Under the pieces are notes generated by a model. The model searched no databases and was not told where the DNA came from. It was given only the letters and a program-made list of their open reading frames with translations. DNA of 38,890 nt from a virus (lineage: Duplodnaviria > Caudoviricetes): positions 1-38,890 of IMG/VR virus record IMGVR_UViG_3300033067_001880; one strand, given 5' to 3'. Every line of letters starts with the position of its first letter. Position 1 is the stretch's first letter. Positions 24,981 through 33,410 of this stretch are shown one piece after another. The translations under genes and the position numbers were made by a program.

Positions 24981-25113
24981 TTACTTCCACAATATACCAC
25001 CCTGACCGGATAAAGATGCCTGCGAGCTGGCGGGCCATGTCCTCGCTGGCAGCGCGCACGGTGCGCCACTGGATGCCAAGGGGTGTTGAGTATTTAATGC
25101 GGTAGGGTTTCAT
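24970..25113 (-). CDS. Small protein, 47 aa (not in track)
   Basis: MKPYRIKY...TVRAASEDMARQL...; ATGA coupling, SD GGAGG. Confidence 0.6.
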   Translation of the reverse strand: MKPYRIKYSTPLGIQWRTVRAASEDMARQLAGIFIRSGWYIVEVNAM

Positions 25114-25298
25114 CGGTTTGCCTCCAGCCATAATTTAAATGCTTCCCGCAAGCGCTTTGGGATGCGAACCATTATCATCGGTTCTAGCCATTTGCGTTTA
25201 CGGCCGGCGTTAGGACGTTTGCCACCGTGTCTAGTGGGGTGGGGTGTGCTGGAGGTCACCCCCTGTGCTGGAGGCAACCCCCCTTTGTCGTTAGCCAT
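25110..25298 (-). CDS. Small basic DNA-binding protein (GGKRPNAGRK motif)
   Basis: 62 aa; HGGKRPNAGRKRK...MVRIPKRL. Confidence 0.65.
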   Translation of the reverse strand: MANDKGGLPPAQGVTSSTPHPTRHGGKRPNAGRKRKWLEPMIMVRIPKRLREAFKLWLEANR

Positions 25299-25689
25299 CG
25301 TATGCCTCCCCGCGTGCTTGATGATGTTGTTTGTGGTGGGTATCGCAAAGCCACATCACAGCCATATGGTTACTATAATCCTCGTGATGCGCCTCGGATT
25401 TTAGTTCGCCGCACATTTCACACGGCTTGCGCTCTAGTTTCCCTTGCTTGATGGCATAGCGAGTGCGAGCACGGGTTGCTTTCTTTAGGCGCTCCTCGGG
25501 CTTATTATTATATTCGCGCCACCATTCTTTTGAAGCTTTGCCAATTGCATAAGGCTTGCCTTCTGCTTTACGTTTTGCTGCTGAGACTACACGGGCAGCA
25601 TTTTTGCATGACCTACAACGCCAATCCCATTTCTTAGCTGCCGCTTCGGTAGGCTCGAAAGGAGTGCCGCATTTGGAGCAATTACGCAT
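25291..25689 (-). CDS. HNH-like endonuclease with zinc ribbons
   Basis: MRNCSKCG...CRSC...PCEMCG...EAHHEDYS...VMWLCDTHH. Confidence 0.75.
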   Translation of the reverse strand: MRNCSKCGTPFEPTEAAAKKWDWRCRSCKNAARVVSAAKRKAEGKPYAIGKASKEWWREYNNKPEERLKKATRARTRYAIKQGKLERKPCEMCGELKSEAHHEDYSNHMAVMWLCDTHHKQHHQARGEAYDG

Positions 25690-25984
25690 TGCTACGTCCC
25701 GTGGCTTTGGCGAGGGCTGCTTTTGCAGCCACGCGTTCATTATAATTGGTGGGGCGGGATTCAGTGCAATCCAACAACCCTTCTAACGCCGCCACCAGTT
25801 CGTCATGCGCATTGACTGCGCGGACGATGAATTTTGCGTTTTCCGTCGGGTTTCCTGCTTCTGACAAACAGTGGGCTATATGAATTGCATCCTCCGATTC
25901 CCCGTCAAAAATATCTGGGATAACTTCATTGGTATCTTCGTCAATGCTTAAATGCCACGGCGTCGGTGTGTGTTTCGTTTTCAT
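25682..25984 (-). CDS. Hypothetical early protein (KHTPTPW...NAKFIVRAVNAHDELVAAL)
   Basis: Motif common in phage early genes. Confidence 0.7.
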   Translation of the reverse strand: MKTKHTPTPWHLSIDEDTNEVIPDIFDGESEDAIHIAHCLSEAGNPTENAKFIVRAVNAHDELVAALEGLLDCTESRPTNYNERVAAKAALAKATGRSNA

Positions 25985-25985
25985 G

Positions 25986-26168
25986 TTAGTTACTCCCTGT
26001 TTCTAAGTATGTTTCAACGTATGCCCTGCGATACATTCTTTCTAGGTTTCTAAGCGATTCTGCATCGCTCGGGTAGGGTATGCCAGCTCGGTAGCAGAAT
26101 TGCACTAGAGAGGCGCTTTCTGAGGCAATGGCGCGCTGTTTGGGGGATAGGGTGAAGATTGTGGCCAT
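25986..26168 (-). CDS. Hypothetical protein
   Basis: 60 aa with SD GGAGA. Confidence 0.6.
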   Translation of the reverse strand: MATIFTLSPKQRAIASESASLVQFCYRAGIPYPSDAESLRNLERMYRRAYVETYLETGSN

Positions 26169-26179
26169 AATTGTCTCCG

Positions 26180-26299
26180 TTATTGGTTGTTGTAGTAATC
26201 ATTTTGTTCCATGACGCTGCTGGCGTAGTTAAGGTAAGCGCCAAGGGCAGCAAGCAATAAAACGTACAGGATGGTGTGGACTAATGTAGTGCGTGGCAT
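26180..26299 (-). CDS. 39-aa membrane peptide (not in track)
   Basis: MPRTTLVHTILYVLLLAALGAYLNYASSVMEQNDYYNNQ; SD AAAGGAG. Confidence 0.6.
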   Translation of the reverse strand: MPRTTLVHTILYVLLLAALGAYLNYASSVMEQNDYYNNQ

Positions 26300-26327
26300 T
26301 TGCGACTCCTTTGTTGTTGTTATGATT

Positions 26328-26356
26328 AAAGTAGCATCAATCAAATATGATTACAA
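26328..26356 (-). promoter_or_regulatory. Leftward early promoter
   Basis: TTGTAA-N17-TACTTT with extended TG; TAATCATA occurs twice. Confidence 0.6.
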
Positions 26357-26540
26357 CAACATTTTTCAAAAAAATGAGAAGTTGTTGAAATGTATGGTAT
26401 GAAAACCGGTGAAAAATAAAATACAAGCGGCGAAAAATAAATTGCGGAAAGAAACTGCGGAATAATTCGCGGGATTTTTATTGCCCCGCAATTTTGCAAT
26501 TTATGCTTGAGCTGATGTGGGAATGTATTATTATAAGAGA

Positions 26541-26768
26541 ATGATGACGGAGCCACAGTTCGGGTATCGTGCAGGTATAAAGAAGATAGACTGCACGTAT
26601 TATGGTAACGGTATATGCTATCTGATGGAATTAGTTAGCAATGCGTATAATCTTGAGTGCGCCTATCTGAATAGAAAGCCCGATAAAGTGCCGCAAGAAT
26701 TATATGATATTGCAGTGATGCGGGCAGAAGCCATGATGGGTGGGCCTATTCGTAAACTTACTGCTTGA
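26541..26768 (+). CDS. Hypothetical protein, possibly leaderless
   Basis: ATG 26541 lies 6 nt after TTGAGC-N16-TATTAT. Confidence 0.45.
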   Translation: MMTEPQFGYRAGIKKIDCTYYGNGICYLMELVSNAYNLECAYLNRKPDKVPQELYDIAVMRAEAMMGGPIRKLTA

Positions 26769-26792
26769 AGTGGCGGATGTATGTGGTATTAT
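26765..26792 (+). promoter_or_regulatory. Candidate late promoter
   Basis: TTGAAG-N16-TATTAT with extended TG, upstream of terS. Confidence 0.5.
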
Positions 26793-26830
26793 ATGGATAC
26801 TTACAACGCGTAAGTGCTTTGCGACAACTT

Positions 26831-26870
26831 GCCCCCATGCGTTTTGTTTCTGTGGCGTATGGGGGTTTTT
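26831..26870 (+). terminator. Intrinsic terminator-like hairpin in the terS leader
   Basis: CCCCCATGCGTT/GGCGTATGGGGG stem followed by TTTTT. Confidence 0.55.
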
Positions 26871-26902
26871 CTGAAAAATGCAGATCCGTATCAGGGGTTT
26901 TC

Positions 26903-27211
26903 ATGAAGTTTGAAAAAGGGAAATCTGGCAATCCTAATGGGAAGCCTAAAGGCATACCTAACAAATGCACGACTGAATTTAGGCAGGCTGTAACCAATTT
27001 GTTGACCTATGCTGCTCCTGAGATGATTGGTTGGCTTAAAAGTGTGGCGTCCACTAATCCTGATAAGGCGCTTAACCACGTTAGCAAGTTGGCAGAATAC
27101 GCTAATCCCAAGTTGGCCCGCACTGAACATATAGGCGATAATGGTGTGCCAATTGTCCACATAGGCGATAATGGTGCGCCAATTGTCCACATAGTGAAGT
27201 GGGGTGACTAG
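26903..27211 (+). CDS. terS: Terminase small subunit (DUF5681-like N-terminus)
   Basis: MKFEKGKSGNPNGKPKGIPNK...AEYANPKLARTEHIG; upstream of terL. Confidence 0.75.
   Translation: MKFEKGKSGNPNGKPKGIPNKCTTEFRQAVTNLLTYAAPEMIGWLKSVASTNPDKALNHVSKLAEYANPKLARTEHIGDNGVPIVHIGDNGAPIVHIVKWGD
27128..27194 (+). repeat. 30-bp tandem duplication in terS (HIGDNGVPIV/HIGDNGAPIV)
   Basis: ATAGGCGATAATGGTG(T/C)GCCAATTGTCCAC x2. Confidence 0.9.
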
Positions 27212-27453
27212 TGGCATTCGATGGGAAAACTTACGATAAGGACTATATTACGTATTGCCTTCCTTATGCGCAATATTTCGCGAAGATAAACAAGCCTGAC
27301 ATTGATAGGCTGGCGATGCTCGCGGCTTTTGAAGTCCATGACGCAATTTACGGCTCCGGTGTATCGCGCGACAGGGCGCACGAATCTGGCTCAAGTTATC
27401 ATGAATGGCTTAAAGGAATAATCAAAAGAGCAATTATTAATGAGGTTGCGTGA
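27211..27453 (+). CDS. Hypothetical protein
   Basis: 80 aa, coupled to neighbours. Confidence 0.55.
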   Translation: MAFDGKTYDKDYITYCLPYAQYFAKINKPDIDRLAMLAAFEVHDAIYGSGVSRDRAHESGSSYHEWLKGIIKRAIINEVA

Positions 27454-27659
27454 TGACCTTGCTTCCCACATTTTCAACGGATGAGCTGTACGACCATTAC
27501 AGCAGCACGCAAAATATGGATGAGGCAATTGGCAGGCTATCAAACAAGCGATTGACCGAAGCGCAACATAAGGCGATGGCGGCTGAGGTTATTAGAAGGC
27601 ATAAAGCGGCTACTGAAGAAAAGTTGCTGCGGCACCATTGGGATATGGCGCATTCATGA
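27450..27659 (+). CDS. Hypothetical protein
   Basis: 69 aa, SD GAGG, coupled. Confidence 0.55.
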   Translation: MMTLLPTFSTDELYDHYSSTQNMDEAIGRLSNKRLTEAQHKAMAAEVIRRHKAATEEKLLRHHWDMAHS

Positions 27660-27718
27660 GCCAACTCGTCATCCCCTATGTGCCAAGGGATGCGCTTAAA
27701 GTAGCGATTGCGAATTAG
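27656..27718 (+). pseudogene. Orphaned 5' end of a terL allele (MSQLVIPYVPRDA...)
   Basis: 20-codon ATGA-coupled ORF similar to TerL start MSILKIPYIPRRA. Confidence 0.7.
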
Positions 27719-27738
27719 GTCAGGAAAGAACTGGGCGC

Positions 27739-29073
27739 ATGTCAATATTGAAAATTCCTTATATACCTAGGCGCGCCTTCATTGAATATCATGAAAACAA
27801 AAAAAGGTTTAGCTGCTCAGTATGCCATCGACGCGCGGGGAAAAGCGTTGCAAGGCTCAATCAGCTTATACGCAAAGCGGTGGAGTGTGATAAATTAAAT
27901 CCGCGTTTTGGGTATATTTCTCCTTTTTTTGTGCAATCAAAAGAAATCGCGTGGCAATACCTTAAGCATTACACGCAAAATCTCGCGCCGCTAGGATTAA
28001 GAATAAACGAGTCGGAGCTATCCATCACATTTGGGCACAATAACGCAACTATCAGGTTGTATGGGGCTGAAAATTCCGAACGAATCAGGGGGCTATATTT
28101 TGACGGAATAGTGGTCGATGAGGCGCAAGGCATTAGCGGCGCGGTACTTAGAACTATTATTTTGCCAGCATTATCAGATAGGCGTGGTTATTTAGATGTT
28201 TCAGGAACGCCGCGCGGCTGGAATAACCTTTTAGGGGACATTGTTAAAATTGCTCAAGACAATCCAGACGAATGGTATTTGCATTTGTTAAAAGCGAGTG
28301 AAAGCGGAATTATTCCCGAATCTGAACTTAATATACAGCGTAAGCTGATGAGTGATAATGAGTTCGCGCAAGAATATGAAATTTCGTTCGACGCGGCAAT
28401 CACTGGCGCGGTGTATGGTAAAGAGATGGAAGCGATACGGCAGGCCGGGCGCATACGTTCCGGGCTGTATGACCCAAGCCTGCCGGTGTTTACGGCTTGG
28501 GATTTAGGATGGAGCGATAAAACAGCTATATGGTTTTGGCAGCGGCTTGGAATGGAAGTGCGGCTGATTGACTTCTACCAAGCTAGCTTTGAGGACGCAG
28601 AGCACTTTGCCAACATCTTACGCGATAAAGGTTATAAGTATGGCGAGCACTATTTGCCACATGACGCCGCAGAAAAGCGCCAGTCAGCGGGCGGAAGATC
28701 ATTTATAGACCAGCTAATGAAGTTTGGGTTAAAGCATACCAGAATAGTGGCCGCTACCACGCAAATGAACCAGATTGAGGCGCTGCGCTGGGTGATGCGC
28801 AACATGTGGATAGACAGCAAGTGCGAAGTCGGTATGCAGTGCCTGCGTGAATATCGGTATAAGTGGATTGAGGACATACAGGATTACGGGAAGGAGCCAA
28901 GGCACGACAGTAACTCACACGCCGCCGATGCTTGCGAAATCATTGGACAAGTGCTTAGAAAAAGCGTAGAACCAGAAAAGCCGTCGAAGCCACGCTTTTT
29001 GCATGAAACGACCGCGAATGAAGTGTTCTGGCCGAACACCAGTCATCTTAAACCCTCACGCGAAAGGATTTAA
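27739..29073 (+). CDS. terL: Terminase large subunit
   Basis: HRRAGKS Walker A, GIVVDEA Walker B, SGTPRG, AWDLGWSD nuclease, HYLPHDA, SHAADA. Confidence 0.95.
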   Translation: MSILKIPYIPRRAFIEYHENKKRFSCSVCHRRAGKSVARLNQLIRKAVECDKLNPRFGYISPFFVQSKEIAWQYLKHYTQNLAPLGLRINESELSITFGHNNATIRLYGAENSERIRGLYFDGIVVDEAQGISGAVLRTIILPALSDRRGYLDVSGTPRGWNNLLGDIVKIAQDNPDEWYLHLLKASESGIIPESELNIQRKLMSDNEFAQEYEISFDAAITGAVYGKEMEAIRQAGRIRSGLYDPSLPVFTAWDLGWSDKTAIWFWQRLGMEVRLIDFYQASFEDAEHFANILRDKGYKYGEHYLPHDAAEKRQSAGGRSFIDQLMKFGLKHTRIVAATTQMNQIEALRWVMRNMWIDSKCEVGMQCLREYRYKWIEDIQDYGKEPRHDSNSHAADACEIIGQVLRKSVEPEKPSKPRFLHETTANEVFWPNTSHLKPSRERI

Positions 29074-29074
29074 C

Positions 29075-29350
29075 ATGGCAACCGGCTCACTCGAAACAGG
29101 CGTGCCCGTCTTATTGTCTGCCACTGGCAACATCAAATCATCGCAAGGTCAATTGCTTGGTATTTTCGTTAGCGCGTCAACGTCTGGAACGATTACGATT
29201 TACGATTCGGCGACTACGACGACGACGACCAAGATTGTGGATACGTTCACCGGTGTTGCGGGTACATGGCACCGCATACCGATTGCGTTCGCTAATGGTT
29301 GTTATGTCGTGGTAGGCGGCACGCTAAGCGCCACGCTGGTGTATGCTTAA
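29075..29350 (+). CDS. Small beta-rich virion protein
   Basis: MATGSLETG...GQLLGIFVSASTSGTITIYD...FANGCYVVVGGT. Confidence 0.6.
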   Translation: MATGSLETGVPVLLSATGNIKSSQGQLLGIFVSASTSGTITIYDSATTTTTTKIVDTFTGVAGTWHRIPIAFANGCYVVVGGTLSATLVYA

Positions 29351-31617
29351 TGGAAGAGGTGGAAGATAAAGCCACCGACGTTTCTCGCTGGAAGCACGAG
29401 ATACAGTGCTACGAGAAAGAGGTGGAAGTCTGGCAGGAACGCGGCAAAAAGATATTGCGGCGTTATAAGGATGAGCGCGGCACACGTACAGAGCATGCGC
29501 ATCGGTATAATATCTTGTGGTCAAACGTGCAGACGCTTGCCCCTGCGGTGTATAACTCGCCACCGAAGCCAAACATCGAGCGCCGGTTTAAGGATGATGA
29601 CGATGTGGGCAGGGTTGCATCGGATGTGCTGGAGCGTTCGTGCAGCTATTTTATTGATACGGAACTTTTTGATAGCGTCATGCGCCAAGCGGTGCAGGAT
29701 AGGCTATTGCCGGGACGCGGCACGGCATGGGTGCGCTATTGCCCCAAGTTTGTGCAGTCGGTTGAGATAACCGACGACGAAGAAGAGTTGACCGAGGAGC
29801 TGGATTACGAAGAGGTGATGGTTGACTATGTGCATTGGCAGGATTTTGGCCACACGGTAGCAAGAACATGGGAAGAGGTGACAGCAGTATGGCGCAAGGC
29901 ATATCTTGGCCGCGAAGAGTTGATTGAGCGATTCGGGGATGATTTAGGCAAGCGCATCCCGCTGGATTATGAACCGCGCAAGCTGAATGATTCGGCAATG
30001 GAAGAGGTGGCAAATAAGGCCACGATATACGAATTGTGGGATAAGTCAGAAAAGCAGGCAATATGGCTGCATAAAGATTTGCCTGATGCGCTGGATATTC
30101 GGGATGATCCGCTGAAGCTAAAAGAGTTTTTCCCGTGCCCCAAGCCCATCTACGCCACGCTCACCAATGATTCGCTGGTGCCGATTCCAGATTACACGGA
30201 ATATCAGGATCAAGCTGCGGAATTGGATGAGCTTACAAACCGCATCCAGAGCATTACGAAATGTATTAAAGTAGCGGGCGTTTACGACGCCAGCGCGGAA
30301 GGTGTGCAGCGACTATTGAATGAGGGCGTGCAAAATACGTTAATTCAGGTTGAGCAATGGGCGATATTTGGCGAAAAGGGCGGCTTGAAAGGCGCGATGG
30401 AATTGCTGCCCATGCAAGAAATCGCGCAAACGCTCATGGTGCTATATGAGGCGCGCGAAAAGGTTAAAGCAGATTTATATGAAATCACTGGATTAAGTGA
30501 CATTTTGCGTGGGGCTAGCGAGGCCAACGAAACGGCTACGGCACAAAAGATAAAAGGGCAGTATGCCTCGATGCGCCTGAATGCGATGCAAAAAGATGTA
30601 TCGCGGTTTGCACGTGATTTGACGGCGATCATTGCAGAAATCATTGCGGAGCAATTTGAGATTGAAACCATCAAGCAAATCAGCGGCGTGCACTTGCTGA
30701 CTGCGGTGGAAAAGCAGCAGCTTGCCATGCAATATGCGCCGCCGCCTCCGATACCGGGTCAGGCACCCGCGCCTCCGCCACAAATTCCTGACGATGTGGA
30801 GGAATTACTAAGCGCTCCGACATGGGAAGAAATTGACGGGCTTATTAAAAACCAGCAAATCCGTTGCTATCGCATTGATATTGAAACCGACTCGACAATT
30901 AAGGCCGACCAGCAGGCGGAACAACAGGCGCGTGTCGAATTTTTAACGGCGGCGGGTGGATTTATCCGCGAGGCAGTGCAGGTGCAAAACCCGCAATTGC
31001 AGCCGCTATTGATGGAAATGCTGATGTTTGGCGTGCGTGGGTTTAAGGCGGGTCGCGAGTTAGAGGGTATGTTCAAGGAGGCGATGGTGAAGCTGAAAAA
31101 AGAGGCTGCCAACCCAGCTCCACAGCCAAACCCTGAAATGATAAAAATGCAGGCAGAAATGAAGCAGCATGAAATGGAGATGCAGCAGGCCCAGCTTGAG
31201 CATCAGCAAGAAATGCAGCAGCGCCAGCAGGAACAGAAGATGCAGGCGTTGATTGAGCAACATCGCAACGAGCTGGAAGCGCAGCGGGAAACGATGCGTA
31301 TTCAGCAGGAACATCAAGCGGCTCAGTTGAAGGCCGAAAATGACATGGCTATGGCTAAGTATAAGGCAGATTTAGATGCGCAGAATGCTGAAAAACTGGC
31401 GTTGCTGAATTACCAGCTCGATACGCAGAAGCTAAACGCTCAGGTAGCCATGAAGCAGGCGGAAACAGGTTATATTGACCCCAAACCGATTATTGACGGC
31501 ATATTGGCACAGTTGGGTGATTTGCGCAACGAGGTGCAGCAGGCAAAAGAAATGCATACGCGGCCAAAAATCATTACGCTGGATAATGGCAGAACCGCTA
31601 AAGTTGAGGTAGCTTAA
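29350..31617 (+). CDS. Portal protein with Gln-rich coiled-coil barrel
   Basis: YNILWSNVQTL, FFPCPKP, YEITGLSDILRG, ETATAQKIK, YRIDIETDSTI; follows terL. Confidence 0.9.
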   Translation: MEEVEDKATDVSRWKHEIQCYEKEVEVWQERGKKILRRYKDERGTRTEHAHRYNILWSNVQTLAPAVYNSPPKPNIERRFKDDDDVGRVASDVLERSCSYFIDTELFDSVMRQAVQDRLLPGRGTAWVRYCPKFVQSVEITDDEEELTEELDYEEVMVDYVHWQDFGHTVARTWEEVTAVWRKAYLGREELIERFGDDLGKRIPLDYEPRKLNDSAMEEVANKATIYELWDKSEKQAIWLHKDLPDALDIRDDPLKLKEFFPCPKPIYATLTNDSLVPIPDYTEYQDQAAELDELTNRIQSITKCIKVAGVYDASAEGVQRLLNEGVQNTLIQVEQWAIFGEKGGLKGAMELLPMQEIAQTLMVLYEAREKVKADLYEITGLSDILRGASEANETATAQKIKGQYASMRLNAMQKDVSRFARDLTAIIAEIIAEQFEIETIKQISGVHLLTAVEKQQLAMQYAPPPPIPGQAPAPPPQIPDDVEELLSAPTWEEIDGLIKNQQIRCYRIDIETDSTIKADQQAEQQARVEFLTAAGGFIREAVQVQNPQLQPLLMEMLMFGVRGFKAGRELEGMFKEAMVKLKKEAANPAPQPNPEMIKMQAEMKQHEMEMQQAQLEHQQEMQQRQQEQKMQALIEQHRNELEAQRETMRIQQEHQAAQLKAENDMAMAKYKADLDAQNAEKLALLNYQLDTQKLNAQVAMKQAETGYIDPKPIIDGILAQLGDLRNEVQQAKEMHTRPKIITLDNGRTAKVEVA

Positions 31618-32381
31618 TGGTCGCTCTAAAATCATATAACGATTTCATTGCGCGAATCGGCAACGGTTACACGCGCATGGATCCGTTCTATGGCGAGCAC
31701 CAATCTGCTACCACATTGACGCTGTTTACGGGCCAAGTCCAGCCTTGGCAGCGCACCGCATGGGCACCAGCAGTACCCGGATCGCTTCCTTCGGGAGTGA
31801 CTGCTTTCTTGCCAGTAAGTGTAGGGTTAGCATCAAGCTCGGCTGGATTCATAGGGGTATATCGGGCTTTTCCTTTTGGAAGCTTGGATATTAGCACAAA
31901 CACCTATACGGCAGGTTCTGCCATGCCGACGCAAACAGTCGGCGGAACATCAACGGCCATGTTTGGCGCGCTTTTGTGTGAGGCTTCTGTGGCCTTAAAC
32001 GCAACTCCCGGCTCGCTTACCGTTACATACGATAACCAAGATGGGACAAGCCACAGCACATCAGCAACGGCTATGACTGCATCGGCAGCAGTGACTACAT
32101 GTGGTTTTATCCCATTAGCATCGGGTGATTATGGGGTGAGAAACGTCACTGGTGCATCACGAACTGGCGGAACCACTCCAACCGGAACGATTAAATTCTG
32201 GGGGCTTTTGCCTGTAGCAAATGTCACCCCAATGAACGGAGGCTCGTGCGGCGCAAGGAATCTTCTGACATCGGCACCATTCCCGCCCCGTATGCTGGCA
32301 GGTGAGCAGCTTATTATCCTTGCCCCAGCAACTACAGCCCGTGCGGTCACTGGCGTCATCACCTACGTGGGAGATAGCTAG
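31617..32381 (+). CDS. Ser/Thr-rich virion accessory protein, paralog A
   Basis: AMPTQT...YDNQDG...LASGDYGVRNV. Confidence 0.65.
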   Translation: MVALKSYNDFIARIGNGYTRMDPFYGEHQSATTLTLFTGQVQPWQRTAWAPAVPGSLPSGVTAFLPVSVGLASSSAGFIGVYRAFPFGSLDISTNTYTAGSAMPTQTVGGTSTAMFGALLCEASVALNATPGSLTVTYDNQDGTSHSTSATAMTASAAVTTCGFIPLASGDYGVRNVTGASRTGGTTPTGTIKFWGLLPVANVTPMNGGSCGARNLLTSAPFPPRMLAGEQLIILAPATTARAVTGVITYVGDS

Positions 32382-32382
32382 A

Positions 32383-32598
32383 ATGGTAACACTCGACACA
32401 TCGGTTTTGGACTTAGCGCCGTATGCTGTAACTACAGCGGAGGCGAGTATTGATATTGCCGCAACCGGCATCAACCAAACCGTGCAGTGCAACGGGGCTT
32501 CGGTGGTGCTTTATAACGCAGCTACTAAGAATTTCTACGCGGTGCAGCTAGGTGATATGTACCAACCCGGCGATAAGCTCGTGGGAGTGATGCGCTAA
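32383..32598 (+). CDS. Small virion accessory protein
   Basis: ATG 32383, coupled to the next gene by TAATG. Confidence 0.55.
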   Translation: MVTLDTSVLDLAPYAVTTAEASIDIAATGINQTVQCNGASVVLYNAATKNFYAVQLGDMYQPGDKLVGVMR

Positions 32599-33410
32599 TG
32601 GCAAACTGGACAACAGCAAGCCCGACCTTAGACCAAGCATTTAGCGATGCGCAGACCTATGGCTCGTTGCAACTGGCAATGTATTTCAAGAATGCAGCCA
32701 CCACGGCGGCAGCAACCAACGTCAACGGTGGCATTTCTATCCAGCGATGCTCGTTGGGCGGCAATTCCGGTCTTGCATACACTGTCCCATCAGTAACAGC
32801 GCCTACAACGGGATTTTGCTTCACAGGATTGGAGGCGACGGCTTCGGTCGTCGGTGGATTATTGGTAGGATTAGAATACACGCTAGGCACGCTAACCGTT
32901 AGCGGCAACTCGTACTCGGACGGCGTAGCAATGCCCACCAAAACAGTGCGCGGCTCCTCTATTCAAACATCATCACTTATTACGATGGCCTATGTTTCTG
33001 CCAGCATGACGGCCACAACGCCAGTGCTTACATTTAACTATACCAACCAAGCGGGAACTACTGGCAGATCAAGCTCTATTACCCTGCCGACTAACGCAAC
33101 TGTGAACTCGTGTTACTTGGTAAATAACAACCTGCAATCAGGCGATACTGGAATACAGGATTTAAGCGCATCCGGCCCTAACGGGTTATCAATCAGCACA
33201 GGCTCAGCCGGGACGGTAAAACTTATCGGCATCCTGCCCATCGGATTTATTCATACAGGCGGCGCAAACAGTGCGAACCCAATCGATGTTCTCGACTCAC
33301 CAAGTACTGTTTACAAGGCAGAAGCAGGTGAAACGATAGGTTTCTACTACTTTAACAACGCTTTGGCGATGGATGGCATCGTTTGTTTGAATGGGACGCC
33401 TGAGCAATGA
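32598..33410 (+). CDS. Ser/Thr-rich virion accessory protein, paralog B
   Basis: AMPTKT...YTNQAG...LQSGDTGIQDL. Confidence 0.65.
   Translation: MANWTTASPTLDQAFSDAQTYGSLQLAMYFKNAATTAAATNVNGGISIQRCSLGGNSGLAYTVPSVTAPTTGFCFTGLEATASVVGGLLVGLEYTLGTLTVSGNSYSDGVAMPTKTVRGSSIQTSSLITMAYVSASMTATTPVLTFNYTNQAGTTGRSSSITLPTNATVNSCYLVNNNLQSGDTGIQDLSASGPNGLSISTGSAGTVKLIGILPIGFIHTGGANSANPIDVLDSPSTVYKAEAGETIGFYYFNNALAMDGIVCLNGTPEQ

Noticed and set aside
25017-25070. GC-rich hairpins beside the origin as a primosome assembly signal
   Set aside because: They lie within a plausible coupled ORF (24970-25113); stems are short, so chance is sufficient.
26791-26890. tRNA-like cloverleaf
   Set aside because: No T-loop/D-loop consensus or CCA end; arm lengths do not fit.
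29209-29230. ACG trinucleotide run as a phase-variation tract
   Set aside because: In-frame poly-Thr codons; length change would not shift frame.
31120-31460. CAG-rich repeats in the portal gene
   Set aside because: Ordinary Gln-rich coiled-coil barrel of P22-like portals.
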